Positions 46,734-55,321 of a stretch of 64,000 bases of DNA are shown here, piece after piece; the first letter of the stretch is position 1, and every line of letters begins with the position of its first letter. The translations under genes and the position numbers were made by a program. The stretch lies in NCBI GenBank assembly GCA_051747385.1, contig JBNJGB010000031.1, forward strand, positions 9,454 through 73,453. Direction: 5' to 3'. The notes below the pieces were generated by a model, which saw only the letters and a list, made by a program, of their open reading frames with translations, was not told the DNA's origin and made no database searches. This stretch comes from Myxococcota bacterium (GTDB lineage Bacteria; Myxococcota_A; UBA9042; PHBI01; JACKFB01).

Positions 46734-47996
46734 CTATGGAGGACCCGGGCTTCCGAGGCGCCTCCGGACCTCGGCGAGGCCCGGGATCGGCTCGTCGGCC
46801 CCGTCGCCCGCCAGGAACGACAGGTGGTCCACGGGCAGGACCGCACGGTCGTCCACGCCGTCGAGACGCTGGCTCTCCAGGGTGACCGCGCCGTCGCCCC
46901 GAGGGCCGGAGACGGCCCGGGCCGCCTCCACGAGTCCCTCGAGCCAGGTCGCGGCCGTCCGCGCCATGGCGTCCTCCGAGCGCGCGAGGCGCGCGAGGGT
47001 GGCGTCCGCCACGGCGAAGACCTCGGGGCCCACCACGTCGCCGTCGCCCGCCAGGATGCTGTAGCGGACGCCCTCCCGACGCTCCGCGGCGCGGAGGTCC
47101 CGCATGAGGGGGGAGTCGGGCTGGAGGTCGCGCGCCGCCTGGCCCAGGCCGTCGAAGACGAACAGCCCGCCGAGGCCCTCGCCCAGCAGGTCGCTGAGCG
47201 TCTCGGGGATCTCCCGCACGGCGTGGTAGCGGGCCAGCGGCGCGCCCCCGAAGGGCGGGCAGCACGCGATGAAGCGGGCCACCTCGCCGCCGTAGTCGGG
47301 GTCCGTCTCCAGGTAGGTCCTCGCGACGACGCCGCCCATGGAGACGGTCACGAGGTCGATGCGCCGGCCGGTGTCCCGGTGCAGACCGCGCAGGAGGCGC
47401 CCGAGGGCCCGGGCCGTCCGCCGGATGCGCCCGTCGTCGGGATAGCGGAACAGGTAGACGTCCCGACCGTCGTGCGCCAGGGCGGCCGCCGCGCCGTGGA
47501 GGCTCTCCGGGCCCGAGTCCAGGCCGTGGACGAACACCACGGGAGGTCCGCCCTGAGCGGAGCCCTGGACGCGGTCCAGGGCGAACACGGGCGGGCGGCG
47601 GCCGAGCACGCGGCGCAGGACGCCCTCCAGCTCGTCGATGCGGGCGTCCAGCTGGCGGCGGTCGATCGCCACGATCAGCGTGTCGTCGCGGAGAGCGAGG
47701 TCCACGCCGATTCGGTCCAGCGCCATGTCCAGGCCCAGGACCGCCGCTCGCCCGATCGCGTCGGCCACCGGGATGCGCGTGTCCGGGAGCGACCCCGGCA
47801 GCGCGATCGGACCGCCGACCTCGGCCAGCAGCACCGACACCACGTCGGCGATCGCGACTCCCCCGTCCCGGACCTCCAGGCGGTGCACCGCCCGGTCGCC
47901 CGAGGGAGGCTCCGCCGGCTGGGCCGCGGCCCCGGCGACCAGGGCCGCGAGGGCGACCAGCGTGGCGGCGGCGCGGCGGATGGGACCGGGGCGCAT
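46734..47996 (-). CDS. Secreted alpha/beta hydrolase (lipase/esterase-like)
   Basis: Signal peptide; nucleophile elbow TVSMGG; HGLDSG oxyanion region. Confidence 0.65.
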   Translation of the reverse strand: MRPGPIRRAAATLVALAALVAGAAAQPAEPPSGDRAVHRLEVRDGGVAIADVVSVLLAEVGGPIALPGSLPDTRIPVADAIGRAAVLGLDMALDRIGVDLALRDDTLIVAIDRRQLDARIDELEGVLRRVLGRRPPVFALDRVQGSAQGGPPVVFVHGLDSGPESLHGAAAALAHDGRDVYLFRYPDDGRIRRTARALGRLLRGLHRDTGRRIDLVTVSMGGVVARTYLETDPDYGGEVARFIACCPPFGGAPLARYHAVREIPETLSDLLGEGLGGLFVFDGLGQAARDLQPDSPLMRDLRAAERREGVRYSILAGDGDVVGPEVFAVADATLARLARSEDAMARTAATWLEGLVEAARAVSGPRGDGAVTLESQRLDGVDDRAVLPVDHLSFLAGDGADEPIPGLAEVRRRLGSPGPP

Positions 47997-48142
47997 GGGG
48001 TGTCTCCTCGGGCGGGCATGGGGGAGGCTCGGGGGCAACGTACCAGCGGGCGCCCGTGTTCCGGCGGGCCTCGGGAAACATGCTGGTATCCCGGCCCCGT
48101 ATGGCTATCATCCCGGCGTCCCCCGGCGGTAGGAGAGGAACC

Positions 48143-49060
48143 ATGCGCGTCCCCGCGAAGCACATCCTTCGGCAGGGGCCGGTGCTGGCGGCCATGGGGC
48201 GGACGGCGCTCCTCGCCGTGGCCCAGCGCCTCGAGGGCGAGCGAGGGCCCATCCCGACGACGCCCGGCCCGACGTACTCCGAGGTGGTGCCGCCGAGGCC
48301 GAGCGACCTCGTCCGGGACCTGGTCCGCTGGGCCGGCGGCGATCCGTCGGCCTACCGCGACCACCTGCCCATCTACATGTTCCCGCAGTGGGGCTTCCCG
48401 CTGGTCTCGCGGACGCTGGAGTCCATCCCGTATCCGCTGACGCTCGTGCTGAATGCGGGATGCTCGATGACCATGCGGGCGCCCATCCCGACCGGGAAGC
48501 CGCTCGATGCCTCGGCGCGGCTCACGAGCATCGACGACGACGGACGCCGCGCCATCCTGAACCAGCGGCTGATCACGGGCACCGCGGACGTGCCCGAGGC
48601 GCTGGTGGTGGACTTCCAGGCCCTGGTCCCCCTCGTGAAGGGCGGCAAGGGGAAGAAGAAGGACAAGCCCCGCGTGCCGAACGACGCCCGGGAGATCGCC
48701 TTCTGGAGGCTCCCGGACGACGCGGGCCTCGAGTTCGCCCTGCTGACCGGCGACTTCAACCCCATTCACTGGCTCCGGCCCTACGCCCGCATGTCCGGCT
48801 TCCGGAACACCATCCTCCATGGCTTCGGGTCCCTGGCCCTGGCGGTGGAGGGCATGAACCGGGCCCTGTTCGCCGGCGACCCCCACCGGCTGCGCGCCCT
48901 GGAGGTACGCTTCACGCGGCCCCTGGTGCTCCCCGCCGCCGTGGGCCTGTACGTGGACGACGAGGGCGGCGTCTGGGTCGGGGACGCCCCGGGCGGTCCC
49001 GCCTACATGGCCGGCACGTACACGACGCGCGACTCCGACACCCCCGAGGAGGCATCATGA
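48143..49060 (+). CDS. MaoC-like (R)-specific enoyl-CoA hydratase/dehydratase (HtdX-like)
   Basis: AGGAGAGGAA SD before ATG; hot-dog signature LLTGDFNPIHW. Confidence 0.8.
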   Translation: MRVPAKHILRQGPVLAAMGRTALLAVAQRLEGERGPIPTTPGPTYSEVVPPRPSDLVRDLVRWAGGDPSAYRDHLPIYMFPQWGFPLVSRTLESIPYPLTLVLNAGCSMTMRAPIPTGKPLDASARLTSIDDDGRRAILNQRLITGTADVPEALVVDFQALVPLVKGGKGKKKDKPRVPNDAREIAFWRLPDDAGLEFALLTGDFNPIHWLRPYARMSGFRNTILHGFGSLALAVEGMNRALFAGDPHRLRALEVRFTRPLVLPAAVGLYVDDEGGVWVGDAPGGPAYMAGTYTTRDSDTPEEAS

Positions 49061-50493
49061 GCGACTTCCTGGTCGACCTGGGCGACAACCCCCGCGCGCG
49101 GAAGCTCATCCGCTCCCTGGGCCTGCCGATCCCGCTGCCCCAGAAGCTCCGGCGGCCCACCGGCCCCTGGCAGGAGCGCCCGCTGCAGGATCGGGACGTC
49201 CTGGTCGCGTGCAGCGACGGCGCCGATCTCGACGGGGCCATCGCGGACACCCTGGCTCCCGCGGGCGCCAACCCGATCCTGGTGGGCGAGGAGGACGAGG
49301 CGCGGTCCTACGTGGAGCCCGGCGAGGCCTACGGCCGCCCGCCGGTCGTCATCGCCCCCGGGGAGCCGAGCGACGACGTGGAGCCCCACGGCATGATCTT
49401 CGACGCCACCGGGCTGAGGTCGCCGTCGGAGCTTCGCTCCCTGTACGACTTCTTCCACGCGTGGATCCGCCGCATTCGGCGGTGTGGGCGAGTCGTCGTG
49501 CTCGGGCGGCCGCCCGAGGGCGAGCGCAAGGTGGTGGAGTCGGCGGCCCAGGGCGCCCTGGACGGCTTCGTGCGGAGCGTCTCCAAGGAGGTCGGCGCGA
49601 AGGGCGCCACGGCGAACCTGATCACCGTGGAGCGGGGGGCCGAGGACCGCGTGGCGCCGGTGCTGCGCTTCCTCCTGTCCGACCGCTCGGCGTTCGTGAC
49701 GGGTCAGCCCTTCCGCGTGACCGGGGAGGCGAAGGCCGTCGGCGCGACGCGCTGGGTGCGCCCCCTGGAGGGCAAGGTGGCCCTGGTCACCGGCGCCGCC
49801 CGGGGCATCGGCCGGGAGACCGCGCGCCTCATGGCGGACGAGGGCGCCCACGTGGTGGTCCTCGACCGGCCGGAGGACGACGGCCCGGCGAGCCGGACGG
49901 CGCGCGAGATCGGCGGCTCGGTCCTCCTCGCGGACGTCGCGGACCCGGAGGCGCCCGCGACCATCGCGAAGAGCCTCGCGGAGGAGTACGGCGGCGTGGA
50001 CATCGTGGTCCACAACGCCGGCGTCACGCGCGACAAGACCCTGGCGAAGATGTCCGACTCCCAGTGGGACCTCACCATCGCGGTGAACCTGCAGGCGGTG
50101 GTGGACATGACCGCCGCCATCGTGGACGGGCCGCTCCGGGACGGGGGCCGCATCGTGTGCCTGTCGTCCATCGCCGGCCTGGCGGGCAACTTCGGGCAGG
50201 CCAACTACTCGGCGTCGAAGGCGGGCATCGTCGGCTTCGTGCGGGCCCTGGCCCCGACCCTGGCGAAGCGCGGGGTCACCGTGAACGCCGTGGCCCCCGG
50301 CTTCATCGAGACGCGCATGACCGCCGCCATCCCGCCCATCAACCGGGAGGTCATCCGGCGGCTGTCCAACCTGTCGCAGGGCGGGAAGCCGCAGGACATC
50401 GGCGAGGCCATCACCTTCCTGGCGAGCCCCGGCGCCTCCGGGCTCACGGGCCGCGTGATCCGCGTCTGCGGCGGCAACTACGTCGGGGCCTGA
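49057..50493 (+). CDS. High-molecular-weight 3-oxoacyl-ACP reductase (FabG4-like): N-terminal flavodoxin-like domain plus C-terminal SDR
   Basis: ATGA overlap; GKVALVTGAARGIGRETA, NAG, YSASKAG motifs in the C-terminal half; total 478 aa. Confidence 0.8.
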   Translation: MSDFLVDLGDNPRARKLIRSLGLPIPLPQKLRRPTGPWQERPLQDRDVLVACSDGADLDGAIADTLAPAGANPILVGEEDEARSYVEPGEAYGRPPVVIAPGEPSDDVEPHGMIFDATGLRSPSELRSLYDFFHAWIRRIRRCGRVVVLGRPPEGERKVVESAAQGALDGFVRSVSKEVGAKGATANLITVERGAEDRVAPVLRFLLSDRSAFVTGQPFRVTGEAKAVGATRWVRPLEGKVALVTGAARGIGRETARLMADEGAHVVVLDRPEDDGPASRTAREIGGSVLLADVADPEAPATIAKSLAEEYGGVDIVVHNAGVTRDKTLAKMSDSQWDLTIAVNLQAVVDMTAAIVDGPLRDGGRIVCLSSIAGLAGNFGQANYSASKAGIVGFVRALAPTLAKRGVTVNAVAPGFIETRMTAAIPPINREVIRRLSNLSQGGKPQDIGEAITFLASPGASGLTGRVIRVCGGNYVGA

Positions 50494-50509
50494 GGGCCCG
50501 GGAGGGGAC

Positions 50510-51901
50510 ATGGCGACGAAGAAGAAGAGCGGCACCACGAAGAAGGCCGCGGGCGGCACGACGAAGCGGAAGAAGCCCGCCGCGAAGGGCAAGGCGAAGG
50601 CCGCGGAGGCGACGAAGCCCTCCCGGCGCGCCGTGATCGTGGCGGGCGTGCGGACGCCGTTCGTCCGCGCCTTCCGCGAGTTCATGAAGCTGGACACCAT
50701 CGACCTGGGCGTGGCCGCGACCCGCGCGCTCCTCGAGCAGACGGAGCTTCCCCGGGACGAGGTGGACGCCATGGTCTGGGGCGGCGTCATCCTGCCCGGC
50801 ACGACGCCGAACGTGGGCCGGGAGATCGTGCTCGACCTGCGCCTGCCGCCGAGCGTGGAGGCCCGCACGGTGACACGGGCCTGCGCCTCCGGGCTCCAGG
50901 CCATCACGGACGCCGTGGAGAGCATCGAGCGCGGACACGCCGACGTGGTGATCGCGGGCGGGTCCGACTCGACCTCCAACGCGGAGCTGACCCTGCCCCA
51001 GAAGCTGGTCCACGCCCTGGCCCCCCTGGCCTTCGGCAAGCCCAAGCCGGCGGACTACCTCGCCGTGGCCTCGCAGCTCATGCCCATCACGGACCTGCTC
51101 CCGAAGCCTCCGCGGATCGCCGAGCGCACCACCGGCGAGCTGATGGGGGAGTCGGCCGAGAAGATGGCCCGGCGCAACGGCGTCACCCGCGAGAGCCAGG
51201 ATCGCTTCGCGGCCACGTCCCACGCCCGGGCGGCCGCGGCCATCGCCTCCGGCCGCCTCACGCGCGAGGTGGCCCCCGTGCGGACGCCCGCCGGCGACGT
51301 CGTGGCGTCCGACACCCTCGTCCGCGGGGACACCAGCCTGGAGAAGCTCGCGCGGCTCCGGCCGGCCTTCGCGAAGGACGGCACGCTGACGGCCGGGAAC
51401 TCCAGCCCGCTGACCGACGGGGCCGCGGCCGTGCTCCTCATGAGCGAGGACAAGGCGAAGGCCCTCGGCTACGAGCCCCTGGCCGCGTTCCGGAGCTGGT
51501 CCTACGTGGGCGTCGACCCGGCGGATCAGCTCCTGATGGGCCCGGCGCTGGCCATGCCCCGGGCGCTGGAGCGCGCCGGCATGGACCTGGAGGACGTGGA
51601 CGTCGTGGACATGCACGAGGCGTTCGCGGCGCAGGTGCTCTCCGTGCTCCAGATGCTCGGGAGCGACGGCTTCGCGCGGGAGCGGCTCGGTCGGCGCCGC
51701 GCCGTGGGCACGATCGCCACCAGCCGGCTCAACCTGCACGGCGGCTCGGTGGCCCTGGGGCACCCGTTCGGGGCCACGGGCGCGCGCATCGTCACGACCA
51801 TGGCGAACGAGCTCCGCCTGTCGGATCGCGAGACGGCGCTCATCGGGATCTGCGCCGCCGGCGGGCTCGGGGCCGGGGCGGTGCTGGAGCGCGTGGGCTG
51901 A
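50510..51901 (+). CDS. Acetyl-CoA C-acyltransferase (thiolase, FadA2-like) with unusual Lys/Ala/Thr-rich N-terminal 40-aa extension
   Basis: GGGAGGGGA SD; thiolase motifs (VIVAGVRTPF, catalytic Cys in RACASGLQAI, NLHGGSVALGHPFGATGARI, CAAGGLG). Confidence 0.88.
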   Translation: MATKKKSGTTKKAAGGTTKRKKPAAKGKAKAAEATKPSRRAVIVAGVRTPFVRAFREFMKLDTIDLGVAATRALLEQTELPRDEVDAMVWGGVILPGTTPNVGREIVLDLRLPPSVEARTVTRACASGLQAITDAVESIERGHADVVIAGGSDSTSNAELTLPQKLVHALAPLAFGKPKPADYLAVASQLMPITDLLPKPPRIAERTTGELMGESAEKMARRNGVTRESQDRFAATSHARAAAAIASGRLTREVAPVRTPAGDVVASDTLVRGDTSLEKLARLRPAFAKDGTLTAGNSSPLTDGAAAVLLMSEDKAKALGYEPLAAFRSWSYVGVDPADQLLMGPALAMPRALERAGMDLEDVDVVDMHEAFAAQVLSVLQMLGSDGFARERLGRRRAVGTIATSRLNLHGGSVALGHPFGATGARIVTTMANELRLSDRETALIGICAAGGLGAGAVLERVG

Positions 51902-51907
51902 TCCGGC

Positions 51908-52052
51908 AGGGCAACCGCAAGGTCGGAAAAGCGAGGGTCGCGCGGCGGTACGGCGCCCGGCGCCGGATTGCATCCGCTCGCAAACGATGGATTTTGCGGG
52001 TCTGAGAGCGGGCAAGGGCAAGGGAGGGCGGTCGACTTTGCGACCGCCCTGG
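51908..52052 (+). repeat. R2 repeat element copy A (about 145 nt): two GC hairpins flanking a (GGGCAA)n microsatellite
   Basis: About 90% identical to the reverse complement of 54221..54385; palindrome CGGCGCCCGGCGCCG and hairpin GGGCGGTCG-ACTTTG-CGACCGCCC. Confidence 0.85.
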
Positions 52053-52148
52053 CTGATCCGGTCTTCGGCCTTGCGTTCGGGGCCGGACCGGTTGTAAACG
52101 ACACGGCCTCGAATCATTCGAGGGCATCGGCGGATCGGAGAGGAATCC

Positions 52149-52451
52149 ATGGCGGTTCAGAAGAAGGCGAAGCTCGCACACGAGAAGAAGGCCGGCGGCG
52201 CCGAAGAGGGCTTCAAGGGCCAGTTCAACTTCAGGTCGGTGGTGGAGCTCGTGGAGTTCTCCAGCGGCGAGAAGGCCGCGATCGTCGACCTCGACGGCAA
52301 CGGGACCCTGGGCATCGTCGACCGCCACTACGTGTCGACCGACCCGAAGACCGGTGAGCACCGGCCCTCGCCCATGGCCTGCCCGGCCGTGTACGACGAG
52401 ACCGCCCGGCAGCTCGCGATCGAGCGCCACAAGAGCTACACGGCGGGCTGA
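52149..52451 (+). CDS. Hypothetical protein (100 aa) with Lys-rich N-terminus
   Basis: GGAGAGGAA SD 6 nt before the ATG; no family recognised. Confidence 0.45.
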   Translation: MAVQKKAKLAHEKKAGGAEEGFKGQFNFRSVVELVEFSSGEKAAIVDLDGNGTLGIVDRHYVSTDPKTGEHRPSPMACPAVYDETARQLAIERHKSYTAG

Positions 52452-52456
52452 GCCCG

Positions 52457-52861
52457 GTGGGCACCCTGGTCCACCGGACCCACGACGACGGCAAGGTCCG
52501 GATGGACCTGGCCTTCGGCGACGACCACCGGCTGGTCGTGCGCTTCGAGGGCCGCGGGACGATGCCCGGCACCTACGCGTTCGTGGAGGGCCTGCAGGAG
52601 GTCTTCGAGGCCGCCGGCCCCGACGGGCGCGTCGAGGGCATGGTCGACCTGTCGAAGCTCCGCGGGGCGCCCCTGCGCGGGCAGATCGTGACGGCGAAGG
52701 GCATCCTCCCCTATCGGAAGCAGATCGGGAAGGTGGCCATCGTCGGCGCCGGCAAGGCGGAGCGAAAGTTCGCGACGGCCGCGCTCAAGATCGTGCGCAT
52801 CGACACGGTCCGCTACTGCGACGACGAGGCCGAGGCCCGCGACTGGCTCGGCTGGGGGTAG
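52457..52861 (+). CDS. STAS/SpoIIAA-like domain protein (PF11964-like)
   Basis: GTG start 6 nt after the previous stop; C-terminal pattern VRYCDDEAEARDWL typical of SpoIIAA-like DUF proteins. Confidence 0.45.
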   Translation: MGTLVHRTHDDGKVRMDLAFGDDHRLVVRFEGRGTMPGTYAFVEGLQEVFEAAGPDGRVEGMVDLSKLRGAPLRGQIVTAKGILPYRKQIGKVAIVGAGKAERKFATAALKIVRIDTVRYCDDEAEARDWLGWG

Positions 52862-52874
52862 GACCGGCGTCCTC

Positions 52875-53152
52875 GCCTCACAGCCATCCGATGACCGCCG
52901 GCGACGGCTCACAGTCCTACACATCTCGGGGTGCCGCAGCCTCGGCGAGAATCGCGCGCCAAGGCGCCAAGACGCAAAGGCCAGCGAACCGCTTGCACAC
53001 AGGTTCGGCTGCGACTCTCGGGCCACCGGCAGGCCCACAGCGAGCATACCGGACCGAATCATGCCGTTTTCCTTTGCGTCTTCGCGTCTTTGCGCGAGCC
53101 CTTCGTGTTGCGACGTGTGACGAACTGTGAACCGGCGACGGCCGTCCTACTC
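52875..53152 (-). repeat. R1 repeat element copy 2 (inverted relative to copy 1), abutting the DAGK stop codon
   Basis: See R1 copy 1; in both copies the element begins within 10 nt of the stop codon of the gene it follows on its own strand. Confidence 0.85.
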
Positions 53153-54163
53153 CGAGCCCACGATGATCCGGACCCGCGGGCCGGTCCGCACGATCAGGGG
53201 CGGCCGGGCCTCCAGCAGGTCCCCGTCGACCATGTGGGGGAACACGTCCGCCTCCGGCTCGATGATCACCTCGCGGGGCGTGCGATCGAAGCCGGCCCGG
53301 GGTCGCAGGCCCCTGCCCGCGTAGAGCCGGCCGAGGTCCCGCGCCACGGCGCCGGCCGTCCCGGTGAGGCCGACCAGGTGGAAGCGGTCCAGGTCCCGCC
53401 GGCACCAGGCGAAGGGCTTGAAGCCGAGGCCGAGCTCCGGCGCGGTGCCGGCGCCGACGCCCAGGTAGTCCGCGGTGGGCATCCGCTCCCCGTCCACGGT
53501 GAGGGTGGCGACGACCCGCTCGCTCATGCGGCGGATGAGGCGGCCGCGGACCAGGATGCTGCCGAGTGTCGCGGACAGGGTGGTCACGGCGGTCACGGGC
53601 GTCGGATAGGGGTCGCCGCGGCGGTAATACTCGGCCAGGAAGCCGTGCAGGACCCCGAACCCGAAGAGGAACCCCAGGCGGCCGCCGGCGTCCATGGTGG
53701 CGACCTCGGTCGTGCGCAGGCGCTCGCCCCGACGTAGCCGGGCGACGAGGGCGCGCAGGAGGCCCTCCGGCTTCCCCCGCGGCGCGCCCACGCCGTTGGC
53801 GACCGTGTTCATGGTGCCGCCACGCAGGAGCGCGAGGAGCGGCAGGGGCGCGTCGCCGTAGACCTCCCGGAAGGCCGTCAGGACCATGGAGTTGGTGCCG
53901 TCGCCGCCGCTCACCGCGAGGACGTCGAGGCCCTTTCGGCGGAAGTCCTCGGCCGCGCGCCGGAGGCTGTCCGGGTCGGCGCAGCGGAAGACCTCGCCCC
54001 GGTCGCCGACGATCCACTCGAGCCGGTCGATGGCCTCGCCGCGGCCCCGGTTCCGCCCGGACATGGGGTTCAGGATCACCCCGACGCTCGACGCCTCCTC
54101 GATGGGACGGCGAGGGGCGGGGCCGGGCTCCGAGAGCCTGCTCTTGGCGGTGTGCGGGGCCAT
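53147..54163 (-). CDS. Diacylglycerol-kinase catalytic-domain lipid kinase (YegS/BmrU/sphingosine-kinase-like)
   Basis: ATG at 54163; NPMSG, DRGEVFRCADPDSLRRAAEDFRRKGLDVLAVSGGDGT, GTMNTVANGVG motifs. Confidence 0.8.
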   Translation of the reverse strand: MAPHTAKSRLSEPGPAPRRPIEEASSVGVILNPMSGRNRGRGEAIDRLEWIVGDRGEVFRCADPDSLRRAAEDFRRKGLDVLAVSGGDGTNSMVLTAFREVYGDAPLPLLALLRGGTMNTVANGVGAPRGKPEGLLRALVARLRRGERLRTTEVATMDAGGRLGFLFGFGVLHGFLAEYYRRGDPYPTPVTAVTTLSATLGSILVRGRLIRRMSERVVATLTVDGERMPTADYLGVGAGTAPELGLGFKPFAWCRRDLDRFHLVGLTGTAGAVARDLGRLYAGRGLRPRAGFDRTPREVIIEPEADVFPHMVDGDLLEARPPLIVRTGPRVRIIVGSE

Positions 54164-54220
54164 GGACACCGGTCGTATACCACAGCGCGTCCGCAGGTCG
54201 GAGGACGCCGTGGACCGCGC

Positions 54221-54385
54221 CCAGGGCGGTCGCAAAGTCGACCGCCCTCCCTTGCCTTTGCCCTTGCCCGTGCCCTTGCCTGCTCTCAGACGCGCAGAAC
54301 CCATCGTTTCCGAGCGGGTGCAATCCGGCGCTGGGCGCCGTACCGCCGCACGGCCCTCACCTCTCCGACTTTGCGATTGCCCTGG
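54221..54385 (-). repeat. R2 repeat element copy B (inverted), with expanded (CTTGCC-like)5 microsatellite, directly upstream of the DAGK start
   Basis: See R2 copy A. Confidence 0.85.
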
Positions 54386-54518
54386 GACCGCGCGCGGCTT
54401 CGAGGTCCCGGCAAGAGTCCCGTCCCTTCCGGTGTCCCGCCCCTCCGCCGAGGATGAATAGTCGGGGGACCCCGTCGTCTCCCTGGCGTCTCCCACCGCA
54501 CGGATGGAGGACCCGCTC

Positions 54519-55292
54519 ATGCCCACCCCTACCCGAACGCTCACCACCGCCCTGGCCGCCGTGCTGGTCGCGTCGCTCTCCGCCGCGGCGCTCGCCCGCG
54601 TCACGGCCGTGGAGCCCGACGACGGCGTGGAGCGGGCCTACCGCTACGAGCTTCGGGCGCTGGGCAACGCCGCCGGCGAGGCGGTCCTGACCATCGGTCC
54701 GCGCAAGCGGGTCGCCGGCAAGTACCTCCGGGCCGTGCGCCTCGAGGGGCGGACCCGCGGGTTCGCCGCCAAGGTCTTCGAGGCCGTGGCCGACGGCACC
54801 ACATGGCTGGACGACGCCTGGCTGCCCGTGGCCGCCGGCTGGAGGACCCGCACCGACACCGGGAAGAGCCGCGTCAAGGCGACCTATCCGGGCAACCGCA
54901 CCCGGGGCGAGTACCGGAAGAACGGTGAGTTGAAGCGCCGCATCGACGAGGCGCACGACGTGCGGCCCCTGGACATCGTCAGCGCGTTCGCCTGGCTGCT
55001 CCGGACCGACCTCGAGGCCGACGCCTCCTGGGATCGCCCCCTGTTCGACGGCCGGAAGATCTACCGCTTCCAGGCGAAGGTCGGCGACCCGAAGGAGATC
55101 GCCGTGCCCCTCGGCGTGCGCAAGGCGTGGCCGGTGCACGTGAAGGTCTCGCGCGAGGACTTCTCGCGTCGGCTGACCTACTGGGTGGGCGTCGACGACC
55201 GCGTCCCCTACAAGCTCGTCTTCCACTACGGCCTGCTGGGCGAGGTGGAGGCGCGCCTCACATCCAAGCGCGAGCGCGAGCCGGACGCATAG
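54519..55292 (+). CDS. Secreted DUF3108-like protein
   Basis: GGAGGAC SD 8 nt upstream of the ATG; signal peptide; YRYELRALGNAAGEAVL pattern suggestive of DUF3108. Confidence 0.45.
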   Translation: MPTPTRTLTTALAAVLVASLSAAALARVTAVEPDDGVERAYRYELRALGNAAGEAVLTIGPRKRVAGKYLRAVRLEGRTRGFAAKVFEAVADGTTWLDDAWLPVAAGWRTRTDTGKSRVKATYPGNRTRGEYRKNGELKRRIDEAHDVRPLDIVSAFAWLLRTDLEADASWDRPLFDGRKIYRFQAKVGDPKEIAVPLGVRKAWPVHVKVSREDFSRRLTYWVGVDDRVPYKLVFHYGLLGEVEARLTSKREREPDA

Positions 55293-55321
55293 CCAGGTCT
55301 CGTGACCACGCGCCGGCCGGG

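Noticed and set aside
50444-52150. ORFs 50444..52150- and 53886..54461+ sharing the peptide RKVDRPPLPLP...MQSGAGRRTAARPS
   Set aside because: This is translation of the R2 repeat on opposite strands. Both frames are antisense to or outside real genes.
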